A stretch of DNA of 64,000 nt from Candidatus Magasanikiibacteriota bacterium (GCA_003482855.1 DMXO01000002.1:28060-92059); one strand, 5' to 3'; shown: positions 38,087-48,561, numbered from the stretch's first letter. The notes: a model not told the origin generated them from the letters alone. Translations and numbers: made by a program.

Positions 38087-38790
38087 AAACAATCATCGTG
38101 ATACCAACATACAATGAAAAAGAAAATATAGAAAAGTTAATCTCGAAAATTTTTGCATTAGAAATTTGTGATCTTGAAATTTTGATTGTTGATGACAATT
38201 CTCCAGATGGAACTGCTCATATAGTAAGCAATAAACAGACAACAGAAAATAAAATACATCTAATCAAACGTGCTGGTAAACAAGGCCTTGGCTCTGCCTA
38301 TATTGAAGGGTTCAAAAAAGCTTTGGATCTAGGTGCTGATTATATATTTGAGATGGATGCTGATTTTTCTCATGACCCTGACGACATCACCCGCATGCTC
38401 GGAGCAGGAAAAGACGCTGACCTCATCATCGGATCACGAAAGATACAGGGTGGTAAAGTCATCGGATGGGGCTGGACAAGAAAATTCATGAGCAATGGTG
38501 CTATGTGGTTTTCTAGGCTTTTACTTGGCCTCAAACCTCGAGATGTGACTGCGGGATTCAGATGTTTTAGACGTTCAGTGCTTGAGTCTATTGAACTTGA
38601 GACTATAAAAAGCAATGGCTATGCATTTCAAGAAGAATTGCTTTATCGTACACAAAAAGCAGGATTTACTATCAGCGAAATTCCTGTTACTTTTGTAGAT
38701 AGGCAGGAAGGAAAGTCAAAATTGAGCAAAAAAGATATTGCAGAATTTTTCATAGTTATGCTAAAATTACGATTACGGTATAAACCATAA
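38083..38790 (+). CDS. GT2 polyprenol-phosphate mannose/glucose synthase (Dpm1-like)
   Basis: IVIPTYNEKENI, VDDNSPDGT, DADFSHDPD motifs. Start MKTII overlaps the upstream stop (ATGA). Confidence 0.8.
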   Translation: MKTIIVIPTYNEKENIEKLISKIFALEICDLEILIVDDNSPDGTAHIVSNKQTTENKIHLIKRAGKQGLGSAYIEGFKKALDLGADYIFEMDADFSHDPDDITRMLGAGKDADLIIGSRKIQGGKVIGWGWTRKFMSNGAMWFSRLLLGLKPRDVTAGFRCFRRSVLESIELETIKSNGYAFQEELLYRTQKAGFTISEIPVTFVDRQEGKSKLSKKDIAEFFIVMLKLRLRYKP

Positions 38791-38802
38791 TTAACACACA
38801 GT

Positions 38803-39387
38803 ATGGTCACACGAGATAATGGAGATGGCAGACAGGTAGATATGTTTCTAAGACCCGAAGCACCCAAACATACACCATCTCTGGAACAAGAAACATTACC
38901 TTCTGCTGTACACAGAAAACCTGAGGTTAGAGCAAAATTCAAAGAATTGCAAGGTATTTTGGATATGCCCATAGCAAAAATACTTGATCTGATCCCGAGC
39001 ACTGAGATACAACAAATTCCACGGGTTACTCTAGCAAGCATCGGCCTACCACAAGATATCTCTACACAAGAACAACTAGAAAGAGCAAAAGAAGAAGATG
39101 AAGAAAGACCTTATGTTCCAAGACGAACACGACCTAATGCTGAACGGCCACTCGACGCACACAATACCTATGAAATCAGGACTCCTGTCGCTCATGTGCC
39201 AAGTTTAAAAATAATTTATTTTTCACTGAGATCTGTTGATTATGTTGGCGTTGGATATTTTGGCGATGGTGTTGCCCAAGAACTCCATGCATATCCTATA
39301 CGTGGGTCAGGAGAAGCAGGCACTGTACTCACTATACTTGAACAGGCATTCAAAAAAGAAGCTGATAAACAAAGCGACCAATCATAA
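38803..39387 (+). CDS. Hypothetical protein (194 aa)
   Basis: ORF only. Charged, no motifs recognised. Confidence 0.35.
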   Translation: MVTRDNGDGRQVDMFLRPEAPKHTPSLEQETLPSAVHRKPEVRAKFKELQGILDMPIAKILDLIPSTEIQQIPRVTLASIGLPQDISTQEQLERAKEEDEERPYVPRRTRPNAERPLDAHNTYEIRTPVAHVPSLKIIYFSLRSVDYVGVGYFGDGVAQELHAYPIRGSGEAGTVLTILEQAFKKEADKQSDQS

Positions 39388-39399
39388 CTAAAAATTCCA

Positions 39400-40344
39400 C
39401 TACTTGAGTGGAATTTTTTTGAGGATATTTTTTAATTCTTCCAGTGTACTTATTTTCATCAATTCTTGTCTCAACGCTTTCATACCAGATATGCCCTTGA
39501 AATAATGGGCTAGATGCTTCCTAAATGTAACAAGATTTCCATAGTATTGTTCATGCAGCTTCGCATGTTGCAAAACTACATCAATAATATCTTGAAGTTG
39601 GGGATATTTGGATATTTGGATATTTGGATATTGTTGAAATATCCATGGATTCCCTAGCGATCCACGCCCAATCATGACCCCATCAGCACGAGTGACTTCC
39701 AAACAATGTTTCATATCTTCTCTTGTTACTATATTTCCATTTGCAATGACGGGAATTTTTACTAATTCCTTTACTTTCCCTATCATCTCCCAATTTGCTA
39801 CACCAGAATAACCTTGGGATTTTGTCCTACCATGTATAGAAATAAGATCAGCCCCAGCCTGTTCAAGTTTTGGGGCAAACTCTAATATTTCATCATCTTT
39901 TGACCATCCCAGCCGCGTTTTTATACTCACTGGAACGCCCAAATTTGCGTTTTTGAGAGCTTTTACTATGGCAATGGCTCTATCATGGTCTTTCATGAGA
40001 GCCGCGCCAGAATCGGCCTTCCCTGCAATCTTGGGAACAGGACAACCCATATTCACATCTATACCATCTGGCTTATACTTTGTTACTATAATTTCTGCTG
40101 CCTTTTGTATCCTTTTAGGATCTGCACCAAACAACTGCAAAATAATTAGCCTTTCACCCATATCAAATTCACACATTTTCAATGTTTTTTCATTTCCCCT
40201 TACAATCGCTTCTGCACTTACCATTTCACGAAAAATGACAAAATTATTTCCAGAAACCTCCCGACAAATACGACAAAACGGTCCATCAGTCATATCGGCC
40301 ATAGGGGCAAGAACAATTATCGGTTTTTTGTCAAACCACGTCAT
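39400..40344 (-). CDS. dus: tRNA-dihydrouridine synthase
   Basis: LAPMADMTDGPFCRICRE, DVNMGCP, FMN-binding TIM-barrel motifs. Confidence 0.88.
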   Translation of the reverse strand: MTWFDKKPIIVLAPMADMTDGPFCRICREVSGNNFVIFREMVSAEAIVRGNEKTLKMCEFDMGERLIILQLFGADPKRIQKAAEIIVTKYKPDGIDVNMGCPVPKIAGKADSGAALMKDHDRAIAIVKALKNANLGVPVSIKTRLGWSKDDEILEFAPKLEQAGADLISIHGRTKSQGYSGVANWEMIGKVKELVKIPVIANGNIVTREDMKHCLEVTRADGVMIGRGSLGNPWIFQQYPNIQISKYPQLQDIIDVVLQHAKLHEQYYGNLVTFRKHLAHYFKGISGMKALRQELMKISTLEELKNILKKIPLK

Positions 40345-41156
40345 AAAGGACTTTTGATCTTTTTTAAATTTGGATTTGTTACATGCGTATATATTTGTGT
40401 TGTTTTTATGCTTGCGTGGCCGAGAAGTTCTTGTACAAAACGCACGTCTACGCCATCTTCCAGCAAATGTGTTGCAAAACTATGTCGGAGCGAATGAAAC
40501 GTTGCTTGTTTTTGTATTCCTATTTTTGCAAGCGCGACTTGAAATATTTTTTGAGGCGTTGCTGATGTTAATTTGCCCCCTCGTTCACTTTCAAAGACAA
40601 AATCCTCTCCTTTTTTACATGCCATAATATCCTTCAGATCTGGAATCAATGATTCTGATAATGTGGTTATCCGATCTTTTCTCCCCTTTCCACCTCGTAT
40701 TGTTATTACTTTTTCAAATATATCAATATCTCGTACACGCAAAGAAATTAATTCACTTACACGGAATCCGGATCCGTATGAAATAGCGAGCATGAGTCTA
40801 TGTTTTTTATTTTTTGGCGCGGAAATAATAGATACTATTTCATTTCTATTCAAAACAACAGGCAATGCTTTGTTCCTTTTTGGCATGCGAAATGGTATGA
40901 AATCCGCACGCTGGTATAATTCTCTATACAAAAAATTAAGTGCATTCGCATACAATGCAACCGTTTGGGGCGCAGAACCGCCATCTTTTTTATTCAATAA
41001 ATATAGCTCTATCTCATCCCGAGAAATATCTTTTGGTGGTTTTCCGAGTGCACGATATATATCCTTATATACATTTGTATATGCCTCTATAGTTCGCGGG
41101 CTATAATTGATTAGCCTCATTTTTTGTGTTACTATATCTATAAGATTTTTTTGCAT
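40341..41156 (-). CDS. Tyrosine recombinase, XerC/XerD-like (phage integrase family)
   Basis: R..HxxR..Y catalytic residues (HSLRHSFATHLL...LGHASIKTTQIYTHV). Stop overlaps the dus start by 4 nt. Start chosen at MQKNL. Confidence 0.8.
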   Translation of the reverse strand: MQKNLIDIVTQKMRLINYSPRTIEAYTNVYKDIYRALGKPPKDISRDEIELYLLNKKDGGSAPQTVALYANALNFLYRELYQRADFIPFRMPKRNKALPVVLNRNEIVSIISAPKNKKHRLMLAISYGSGFRVSELISLRVRDIDIFEKVITIRGGKGRKDRITTLSESLIPDLKDIMACKKGEDFVFESERGGKLTSATPQKIFQVALAKIGIQKQATFHSLRHSFATHLLEDGVDVRFVQELLGHASIKTTQIYTHVTNPNLKKIKSPL

Positions 41157-41269
41157 ATTCAGACAATAAATATTCAGTATAATATACCAAAATGGACTAT
41201 TATACAAGAACATTCCGTATAACTGCTAGTTATGTGAAATTGTGGCAAAACTTAAATGAAGTAAAGGGT

Positions 41270-42163
41270 ATGTTTAAGAAAAAATATATTTCAACAAAAA
41301 ATAAGTTCACCATCTATACTGAATCAATTGGCAGTCAAAAAAATCCTCCGATAATTTTAATTATGGGAGCATTGAATCAAGGTCTATTTTGGTACGATTC
41401 TTTTTGCAGGTCATTATCAGAGAATAACTATTTTGTGATACGGTTTGATCATCGTGATACGGGATTATCTTCTGTCATCAATTATAAAGAATCACCTTAT
41501 AACTTGAATGATTTAACGGAAGATGTTGTTGATGTAATGAATGCCTACAATATTAATAAAGCGAATTTTGTAGGCTTATCAATGGGTGGTTATATTGCTC
41601 AGTTATTAGGAATCAATTACCCTGAGAAAGTAAATTCTCTAATTTTAATTTCGACGACATCAGATCATCGGCCATATATGGACGCAACAATGGGAATTTA
41701 TAATAACAAATATGATCTGCCATATCCAGAAAAATCATTTCTTAATTTTATTGAAAAAAGTAAAGTTCATCCACCGCAAAATGAATTAGAGATGGAAAAC
41801 TATCAAATTGAAGGCTGGAAAATAACATGTAATAATATCAGTGATGAAGATTTAAGTGAACTTGTCAAACTAGTGAAATTAGCAAATTTAAGAAGCAAAG
41901 ATAAATATTCAGCCTATAATCATGGGCTTGCTGTATTAAACTCAAAAGAAAGAACTCATTTACTAAACAGTGTTAAGGCTCCAACTTTAATCCTTCATGG
42001 AGAAAACGACCCATGTTTTCCTTTGGAGCATGGAAAAATGTTAAACAAATTGATAAAAAATTCAAATTTAGAAATTATTAAAAACATGGGGCATATGTTT
42101 TCTGTAAATGATGCGAGGTATTTATCGAATAAAATAATTAGTTGTATTCAGAAGTGTGTGTAA
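41270..42163 (+). CDS. Alpha/beta-fold hydrolase
   Basis: GLSMGGYIAQ nucleophile elbow, HG oxyanion region, C-terminal His. The track ORF starts at 41192, and Met 41270 (MFKKK) is more likely. Confidence 0.7.
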   Translation: MFKKKYISTKNKFTIYTESIGSQKNPPIILIMGALNQGLFWYDSFCRSLSENNYFVIRFDHRDTGLSSVINYKESPYNLNDLTEDVVDVMNAYNINKANFVGLSMGGYIAQLLGINYPEKVNSLILISTTSDHRPYMDATMGIYNNKYDLPYPEKSFLNFIEKSKVHPPQNELEMENYQIEGWKITCNNISDEDLSELVKLVKLANLRSKDKYSAYNHGLAVLNSKERTHLLNSVKAPTLILHGENDPCFPLEHGKMLNKLIKNSNLEIIKNMGHMFSVNDARYLSNKIISCIQKCV

Positions 42164-42185
42164 TTTGCCACAACTACGCATAACA

Positions 42186-42305
42186 TTGCCCATAAGCTGC
42201 GCTCCGTGCTCACTACGTTGCGCGCGGTGCTCGGGGCTTCGCCCACGTTTTGTTTTGCACCTGCCTGCGACTTTGATCGGCGCAAAACAAAACGTCTCAT
42301 GGGCA
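42186..42305. ncRNA. GC-rich highly structured non-coding element (candidate cis-regulatory RNA or sRNA)
   Basis: About 120 nt at about 60% GC with no ORF. Perfect 13-bp inverted repeat cgttttgttttgc/gcaaaacaaaacg (42246-42258 / 42282-42294), outer ttgcccat/atgggcaa pairing, additional GC stems. Lies between the hydrolase and GH3 genes. Confidence 0.4.
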
Positions 42306-42331
42306 AGTATCGTTAAGTGAAATAAATTACT

Positions 42332-44158
42332 ATGAATTACAATTTTTATCACCCAAAATTAATTACATTTCTGATCATAGCACTACTTTCAGTCGCGGTG
42401 TTAGTTTTTATTTTCCTTAAGCTACCATCTTCACCACCCGCCAATGAAAATATTAACTGCAATCAGATAAATCTTCCTTACCAAAATCCAACATTACCAA
42501 TTAACGAAAGAGTCGCCGATTTAATGAACAGAATGTCCATCGCGGAAAAAATAGGACAAATGGTTTTGATTGAAAAAAATAGTATCCATAGTCTCAATGA
42601 TATTACACAATATAATTTAGGAGCGCTATTAAGCGGTGGCGGAGCTGGGCCAAAACAAGATACTCCGTCAGCATGGCTTCAAATGGTAAACGATTTTCAA
42701 TCTGCTGCCAAAGATACTTGTTTAGGAATACCTCTTTTGTATGGAATTGATGCTATCCATGGTCATGGTAATGTTCTTGGAGCTACAATTTTCCCTCATT
42801 CCATTGGTTTGGGTGCAACCAGAGATCCGGATTTAGTCGAACGGGTTGCCAAAGCAACCGCCGAAGAAATGGCCGCAACCGGAATTTATTGGAATTTTGC
42901 TCCTAATCTTGATGTGGCAAAAGATATTCGTTGGGGGAAAACATACGAAACCTTTGGATCAGATCCAGATAATGTAGCGACATTAGGGACTGCCTATTTA
43001 AAAGGATTACAAAATTATTCAAGCAATTATTTAAATGTATTGGCCACTGCCAAACATTATGTCGGCGGAGGGAATATGGAATATGGAACTTCTCGTAATA
43101 AAAATTTCAAAGTAGAAGAAGGAAATATAACTTTGGATGAAATATCATTACGCCAAACCCACTTGATCCCTTTTCAAAAAGCGATAACTAACGGTATAAA
43201 GGTTGTAATGGTGGGTACGGCTACTTGGAACGGGAAAATGAACACTTCGAACTATTACCTTTTGACAGATGTGCTAAAAGAAGAACTGGGTTTTTCCGGA
43301 TTTATAGTTTCAGATTGGTATGGCGTGTATGCGGTTTCTGCTTCTAAATATGACTCTATAGTGAGTTCTATTAACGCTGGAGTTGATATGGTTATGACTC
43401 CATTTGAATATAAAGATTTTATATCTAATATACAGGAAGCTTTATCCAAAGGAGATATAACAAAAGAGCGAATAGATGATGCGGTAAAAAGAATCTTAAC
43501 AGTAAAATTTGAGACGGGTTTATTTGACCGTCCGCAATCTCTGCCAGAAGGATTATCGGTTATAGGCAACGACCAACATCGCGAAATAGCCAGAGAAGCA
43601 GTTCGTAAATCTCAGGTATTATTAAAAAATAATAATTCTGTATTGCCCCTATCTAAATCATTGAAAAAAATAATAGTGGCCGGTTCATCGGCCGACAATT
43701 TAGGCCGGCAGGCGGGAGGATGGACAACAGAGTGGCAAGGAATAGACGGTAATTATGGTATTTTGGGAACTACCATTCTTGAAGCCATAAAAAATACAGT
43801 TTCCAAAGATACAAAAGTTGAATATAACAAAGACGGAAATTTTTCAATAAAAAATAATCTTGCAGATATTGGAATTATTGTTGTCGGCGAAAAACCTTAT
43901 GCCGAAGGCTGGGGAGACATTGCTAATCCAAATTTAAGTCCTGAAGATCTATTGGCAATAGAAAAAGTGAAAACAAAAAGCGAAAAAATAGCAGTTATAA
44001 TAGTTTCTGGCCGCCCATTGAATATAAAAAAATATACCAAAAATTGGGACGCAATTATAGCGGCTTGGCTCCCTGGAAGTGAAGGACAGGGAGTAACAGA
44101 TATCTTGTTTGGAGATTTTGCTTTTACAGGGGTATTGCCAGTAGATTGGGAATACTAG
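42332..44158 (+). CDS. Glycoside hydrolase family 3 (beta-glucosidase/beta-hexosaminidase-like), membrane-anchored
   Basis: N-terminal TM, GH3 N-domain motifs (GIDAIHG, KHYVGGG, FSGFIVSDW) and C-terminal domain. Confidence 0.85.
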   Translation: MNYNFYHPKLITFLIIALLSVAVLVFIFLKLPSSPPANENINCNQINLPYQNPTLPINERVADLMNRMSIAEKIGQMVLIEKNSIHSLNDITQYNLGALLSGGGAGPKQDTPSAWLQMVNDFQSAAKDTCLGIPLLYGIDAIHGHGNVLGATIFPHSIGLGATRDPDLVERVAKATAEEMAATGIYWNFAPNLDVAKDIRWGKTYETFGSDPDNVATLGTAYLKGLQNYSSNYLNVLATAKHYVGGGNMEYGTSRNKNFKVEEGNITLDEISLRQTHLIPFQKAITNGIKVVMVGTATWNGKMNTSNYYLLTDVLKEELGFSGFIVSDWYGVYAVSASKYDSIVSSINAGVDMVMTPFEYKDFISNIQEALSKGDITKERIDDAVKRILTVKFETGLFDRPQSLPEGLSVIGNDQHREIAREAVRKSQVLLKNNNSVLPLSKSLKKIIVAGSSADNLGRQAGGWTTEWQGIDGNYGILGTTILEAIKNTVSKDTKVEYNKDGNFSIKNNLADIGIIVVGEKPYAEGWGDIANPNLSPEDLLAIEKVKTKSEKIAVIIVSGRPLNIKKYTKNWDAIIAAWLPGSEGQGVTDILFGDFAFTGVLPVDWEY

Positions 44159-44376
44159 CATTACTAACATAAACGAAAAACAAAATTGAATTATTTTTGC
44201 GAGTAATTCCGACTGCGGTCGGAATAAAGAAAGACAAATACAACAGCTAACAGCCAATATACGGTTATGGCTTGCTAACGCAAACCTCCACCCATATCCT
44301 GTATTCTCAGGACATCGTATATCGGCGTATATTATGTGAAATGTATTAAAATTTTTAGTAATTTTTAACAAATAGT

Positions 44377-44814
44377 ATGTCTACACAAATACAAGCTCTA
44401 TATCTAATTGGTCTTTCCGTCGCAGCCTTCTGGGCCATACCACAACTACCAATGATAATCAAGAATTATAAATTATCCACCCCTTCACCGACTAATAAGC
44501 TCGGGATTTTTTCTATCATTATTAATACTCTTATTGTCCTTGGCCCTCTTTTACACCCTCAGCTTATCCAAATAAAAGATTTATATACATTCATTTTGAT
44601 TAACTATCTAATTGCTTTTCTATTTCCATTCATAATTCCGTCGTATTCATTAGAATTTCTTAGATATGGAAAAATGCGTTCAATGCACCATACGAACCGG
44701 CTAACTGTCAAATTTAAACCTGAATATAAGTTTTATTACAAATTATGGCATGGAAGATATCTGATAATACTAATAGTTCTGATTATTTTTATAGCGACAA
44801 AATTCTTGACCTAG
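44377..44814 (+). CDS. Hypothetical membrane protein
   Basis: 145 aa with 4 hydrophobic segments. Confidence 0.35.
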   Translation: MSTQIQALYLIGLSVAAFWAIPQLPMIIKNYKLSTPSPTNKLGIFSIIINTLIVLGPLLHPQLIQIKDLYTFILINYLIAFLFPFIIPSYSLEFLRYGKMRSMHHTNRLTVKFKPEYKFYYKLWHGRYLIILIVLIIFIATKFLT

Positions 44815-44944
44815 AATTTGAAGCAATCCCTTAATATGGTTTCCCATAGTTTTACCTCTAAACCATATTAACATTGTCCATAAGTTTGTATATATCTTAC
44901 GATTTAGCTCATATAACCGTGAATATTATGATAAACATAAACAT

Positions 44945-45169
44945 ATGATTTATGATGATTATTTCAGACCTGTATTAAGAGATAATACAGGCAATTTCTT
45001 GGGTCTCGTAGATACCTATACGCAAGCTGGTTTATCAAGAGAAGATGCAGACAGACTTGCTTCTCTCGATATGACCCATGAGACTGTGGGGCTCTCTCCA
45101 CGAGAGATTGAGGTACATGAATCACTCAAAAGAAAATTATATGATCTTCGAAGACAGAAAGACACATAA
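44945..45169 (+). CDS. Hypothetical small protein (74 aa)
   Basis: ORF only. Confidence 0.3.
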   Translation: MIYDDYFRPVLRDNTGNFLGLVDTYTQAGLSREDADRLASLDMTHETVGLSPREIEVHESLKRKLYDLRRQKDT

Positions 45170-45449
45170 ATAATAACCCTGTATATCTGTGGAAAACTTA
45201 TATTTGACGTCATTGCCACAAGCCTGATACTATACTCACACAATACAACATCATGTGGAAGCGAGGTGCCCAGCCCCAAAAGGCAGGAATTCCTCCACTG
45301 TGCCGCAACGGTAATTTCATCACACCGATGGATAAGTCCGATCTTCATGATATTGTCACAAACCCGAGCAGGTTATCTTTTTTCGAGATCTTTCTCACAC
45401 AAAATAGACTTCCTGCCCACAGGATGTTTTTATTTATATAACTGATTAT

Positions 45450-45956
45450 ATGAAAAAATTGTTCCTCATAGCTATTTTACTGACCACAACTGGATGTGTA
45501 TATACAACACCAAATCAAAATACACAGACACAGGCAGAAAAACAAAATTTGACGACTACCGTGATAGAAAATACGAAAAAAGAACCAAAACAAATACAAA
45601 ATACTGAGACAGTCTCGACAACAAACAACTCTCCCACCATCCCCTATCCTGAGCCAGAATATACCAATCCTGTACGCATGATCGTCAATGGGGAAACATA
45701 CACAATAGAACTCAAAGACAACATGACTGTGTATGATCTTATGCTTACACTCAGTGCTGACTCAAAAAAACCATTTCTCTTTGAGACAAAAGAATATCCT
45801 GGCATGGGACATTTCGTAGAATCAATCAATGATCTCAAACAAAATCCAAAAGAAGACAGGTATTGGATATACTATATTAACGGGGAGTCAGCCAAAGTCG
45901 GGATTTCTAACTACATCATTAACCAAGGAGATATAATTGAATGGAAATATGAATAA
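45450..45956 (+). CDS. DUF4430-domain lipoprotein
   Basis: Lipobox (LLTTTGC), C-terminal YWIYYINGESAKVGISNYIINQGDIIEW typical of DUF4430. Confidence 0.6.
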   Translation: MKKLFLIAILLTTTGCVYTTPNQNTQTQAEKQNLTTTVIENTKKEPKQIQNTETVSTTNNSPTIPYPEPEYTNPVRMIVNGETYTIELKDNMTVYDLMLTLSADSKKPFLFETKEYPGMGHFVESINDLKQNPKEDRYWIYYINGESAKVGISNYIINQGDIIEWKYE

Positions 45957-47718
45957 CAAATGCAAAATGCAAAATGCAAAATGCAAAATTTTTATTGTAT
46001 TATTGATCACTTTTAGTATTTGTACTCAAGTTAATGCAGAAGAAGTTAATAGCGAACAAAATTTTGAAGAACAACCCGAAGAACAGACGACAGATGAGGA
46101 ATCATCGACGCCAGAAGATACTAATACACAAGATGAAGCTGCCTCAGAAGAAAATTCTAATGAAGAAGACGAAACTACTTCGCCAGAAGAGGCAGAAGAT
46201 GTTGGGGATACTGAGGAGACACAAGAGGAAGAAATGCCAGGACAGACAACATCAGAATCAGAAGAAAATCCAACGGTACAAATCCCTCAAGTAAGCATGG
46301 AAATTATAACTCAAAGCCAAATCAATGAAACTGCTGCGAGCATTTTGAATTATTTAAAATCTCAACAATCCATGAGTGGAGGGATAGTTGCAGGATACGA
46401 CGAAAATGGCAAACCAATGATAGATGGTCCTGTCACAGACTGGGCCATCATCTCTTTTGGCGCCAATGGACAATACGCAGATGAAATAAAGATGGCCACA
46501 ACTTCCCTACTCGATTATGAAAAAAAATATAATCTGGATGATCCAAGTGATATAAATTCATGCGCCACATACCCACGCCACGTACTCGCATTGCTTGCTG
46601 CAGGTGTAGAACAAACAGACCCGGCAATACTCGGCCTCAAAGAAAAAATGAACACTATTTGTTATGCAAATAACATGTATGGACTAAACGGCATCAACGA
46701 CGATGTATTTGCCTTACTTGCTCTCTCGGCTCTTGGGACAAATCAGTCAGAACCAATCATGCAAGATATAGTTTCGACAACCCTCGCATGGCAAATTGAT
46801 ACAGGAGCTTTTGCCTGGCCTGATTGGACTAATCCAAATCAAAAAGTTGCAGGAGACGATATTACTGGCGCTGCAATAAACGCACTTGCATATGCTGAGT
46901 CAAAAGGAGCTATGATTTCTCCAGAGGTATTGAACAATGCAAAAAATTATTTAAAAACTACACAACAGACAGATGGCGGCTGGGGTTATGGTTCATCAGA
47001 TATCATGACAACAAGCTGGGTACTCATGGGTATACACGCGATGAATGAGACACAGGATGATTGGTTCGTAACATCAACAGGCAAAAATCCATGGCATCCA
47101 TTGGTATATAATCTGAAATCTGGAGGATACTATGAACCATCGTGGGCGCTAGGGACAGTGGATTGGTTTGCTATGAAGCATGCAGTACCCGCAGTACTTG
47201 GCACTTCTTGGCCCATAATGCTCAATCCTGTCGTAAAAGATTTCTCACACGATGCTACATTCACGTATGGAAGCAGTGGCGGATCATATATACCACCACA
47301 AGAAGACATTATAGCTACTTCGACAATAATTATGGTTACATCTACTCAGGATATGGTGACAACTACCGAAGATATAATAGCCACTACTACCGAGGATATA
47401 ATAACAGAAATTCAAGAATTAGACTCAGACAAAAATAATGATGAGTCAACAGTAAAAATTGTTCCAGCACCTTCCTCTACTTTACCCATTCCCCAGCAAC
47501 CAAAACCAATAGTGCGTGGTGAAAAAATCACTGATACACCAGACGAACAAAATACCACATCTACAAACGATGTGACAGACGAAAAATCTGCTGAAATAAT
47601 ACCACAGGAACAAAAAACAGAGGGAAAAAAAGATATCCCAGCGCTTCCTATACTCATCTCTATTGGGGGTATAGGTCTTCTCTATGGAGCTTGGAAGTTG
47701 ATAAAGACTCTGCTATAA
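45937..47718 (+). CDS. Surface protein with prenyltransferase/squalene-oxidase-like alpha-alpha toroid repeats and C-terminal TM anchor
   Basis: Signal peptide, acidic linker, QxxDGGWGY-type repeats (TQQTDGGWGYGSSD), Thr-rich stalk, C-terminal hydrophobic helix. Confidence 0.5.
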   Translation: MNGNMNNKCKMQNAKCKIFIVLLITFSICTQVNAEEVNSEQNFEEQPEEQTTDEESSTPEDTNTQDEAASEENSNEEDETTSPEEAEDVGDTEETQEEEMPGQTTSESEENPTVQIPQVSMEIITQSQINETAASILNYLKSQQSMSGGIVAGYDENGKPMIDGPVTDWAIISFGANGQYADEIKMATTSLLDYEKKYNLDDPSDINSCATYPRHVLALLAAGVEQTDPAILGLKEKMNTICYANNMYGLNGINDDVFALLALSALGTNQSEPIMQDIVSTTLAWQIDTGAFAWPDWTNPNQKVAGDDITGAAINALAYAESKGAMISPEVLNNAKNYLKTTQQTDGGWGYGSSDIMTTSWVLMGIHAMNETQDDWFVTSTGKNPWHPLVYNLKSGGYYEPSWALGTVDWFAMKHAVPAVLGTSWPIMLNPVVKDFSHDATFTYGSSGGSYIPPQEDIIATSTIIMVTSTQDMVTTTEDIIATTTEDIITEIQELDSDKNNDESTVKIVPAPSSTLPIPQQPKPIVRGEKITDTPDEQNTTSTNDVTDEKSAEIIPQEQKTEGKKDIPALPILISIGGIGLLYGAWKLIKTLL

Positions 47719-47743
47719 TATCTATCTTTGAGCTACAATAAAA

Positions 47744-48316
47744 ATGATAATATACAATGAAAATATGAGTAAACAATTTCAAATTTCAAATTTCAAATTT
47801 CAAATTTTTGTCGTGCTACTGATAACCATAGGCATAAGTGCCCGCCTTCTACCACATCCGGCAAACTTTAGTCCAGTAGCGGCGTTGGCAATATTTGGTG
47901 CATTATACTTGCCACGGAAATGGACGCTGGTATTGCCTGTGTCTATTATGTTCTTGAGTGACATCATTATTGGTTTTTATGCGTGGCAAATAATGGCAAG
48001 TGTATATGCATGTTTCATTCTCACCAGTGGTCTTGCGCTCTGGGCAAAAAAATATAAAACATTTAGCACTATTTTGGGTACCACCGTACTTGGTTCGATT
48101 ATATTTTTCCTCGTAACTAACGCAGCTGTCTGGGGCTTTGGTACCATGTATACACATAATTTCTCTGGCCTTTTGCAAAGTTATTACATGGCACTCCCCT
48201 TTTTCCGCAATAGTCTTTTAGGAGATTTATTTTATACAGGAATTTTTGTCGGGATAGCAGAGGGAATACGGTATCTCTATATAAAGCAGGCAACCTATGA
48301 ACCAAACAAAACGTAA
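47744..48316 (+). CDS. ECF-transporter S-component-like membrane protein
   Basis: 190 aa, 5-6 TM helices. Genomic linkage with DUF4430 and prenyltransferase-like genes, as in cobalamin/cofactor-uptake loci. Confidence 0.4.
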   Translation: MIIYNENMSKQFQISNFKFQIFVVLLITIGISARLLPHPANFSPVAALAIFGALYLPRKWTLVLPVSIMFLSDIIIGFYAWQIMASVYACFILTSGLALWAKKYKTFSTILGTTVLGSIIFFLVTNAAVWGFGTMYTHNFSGLLQSYYMALPFFRNSLLGDLFYTGIFVGIAEGIRYLYIKQATYEPNKT

Positions 48317-48548
48317 ATGGGATCTACTGACAAAAGAAGAACGCGACAACGCTATAACAAAAATCATAACGTACTTTGAAACCGAACGAGATGAAAAAAT
48401 AGGCATCATAGCAGCAGAAGAACTACTTGATTTTTTTCTCGAACTTACTGGAGAAAAAATACACAATACAGCTATACAAGAATCCAAAGATTGGTTCAAA
48501 AAAAGACTAGAAGTAATGGAAAATGATTTCGAAGAATTGCTCAAATAA
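48297..48548 (+). CDS. DUF2164-family protein
   Basis: 83 aa, ITYFETERDEKIGIIAAEELLDFFLE pattern. Confidence 0.5.
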   Translation: MNQTKRKWDLLTKEERDNAITKIITYFETERDEKIGIIAAEELLDFFLELTGEKIHNTAIQESKDWFKKRLEVMENDFEELLK

Positions 48549-48561
48549 AAAATCTACATCA

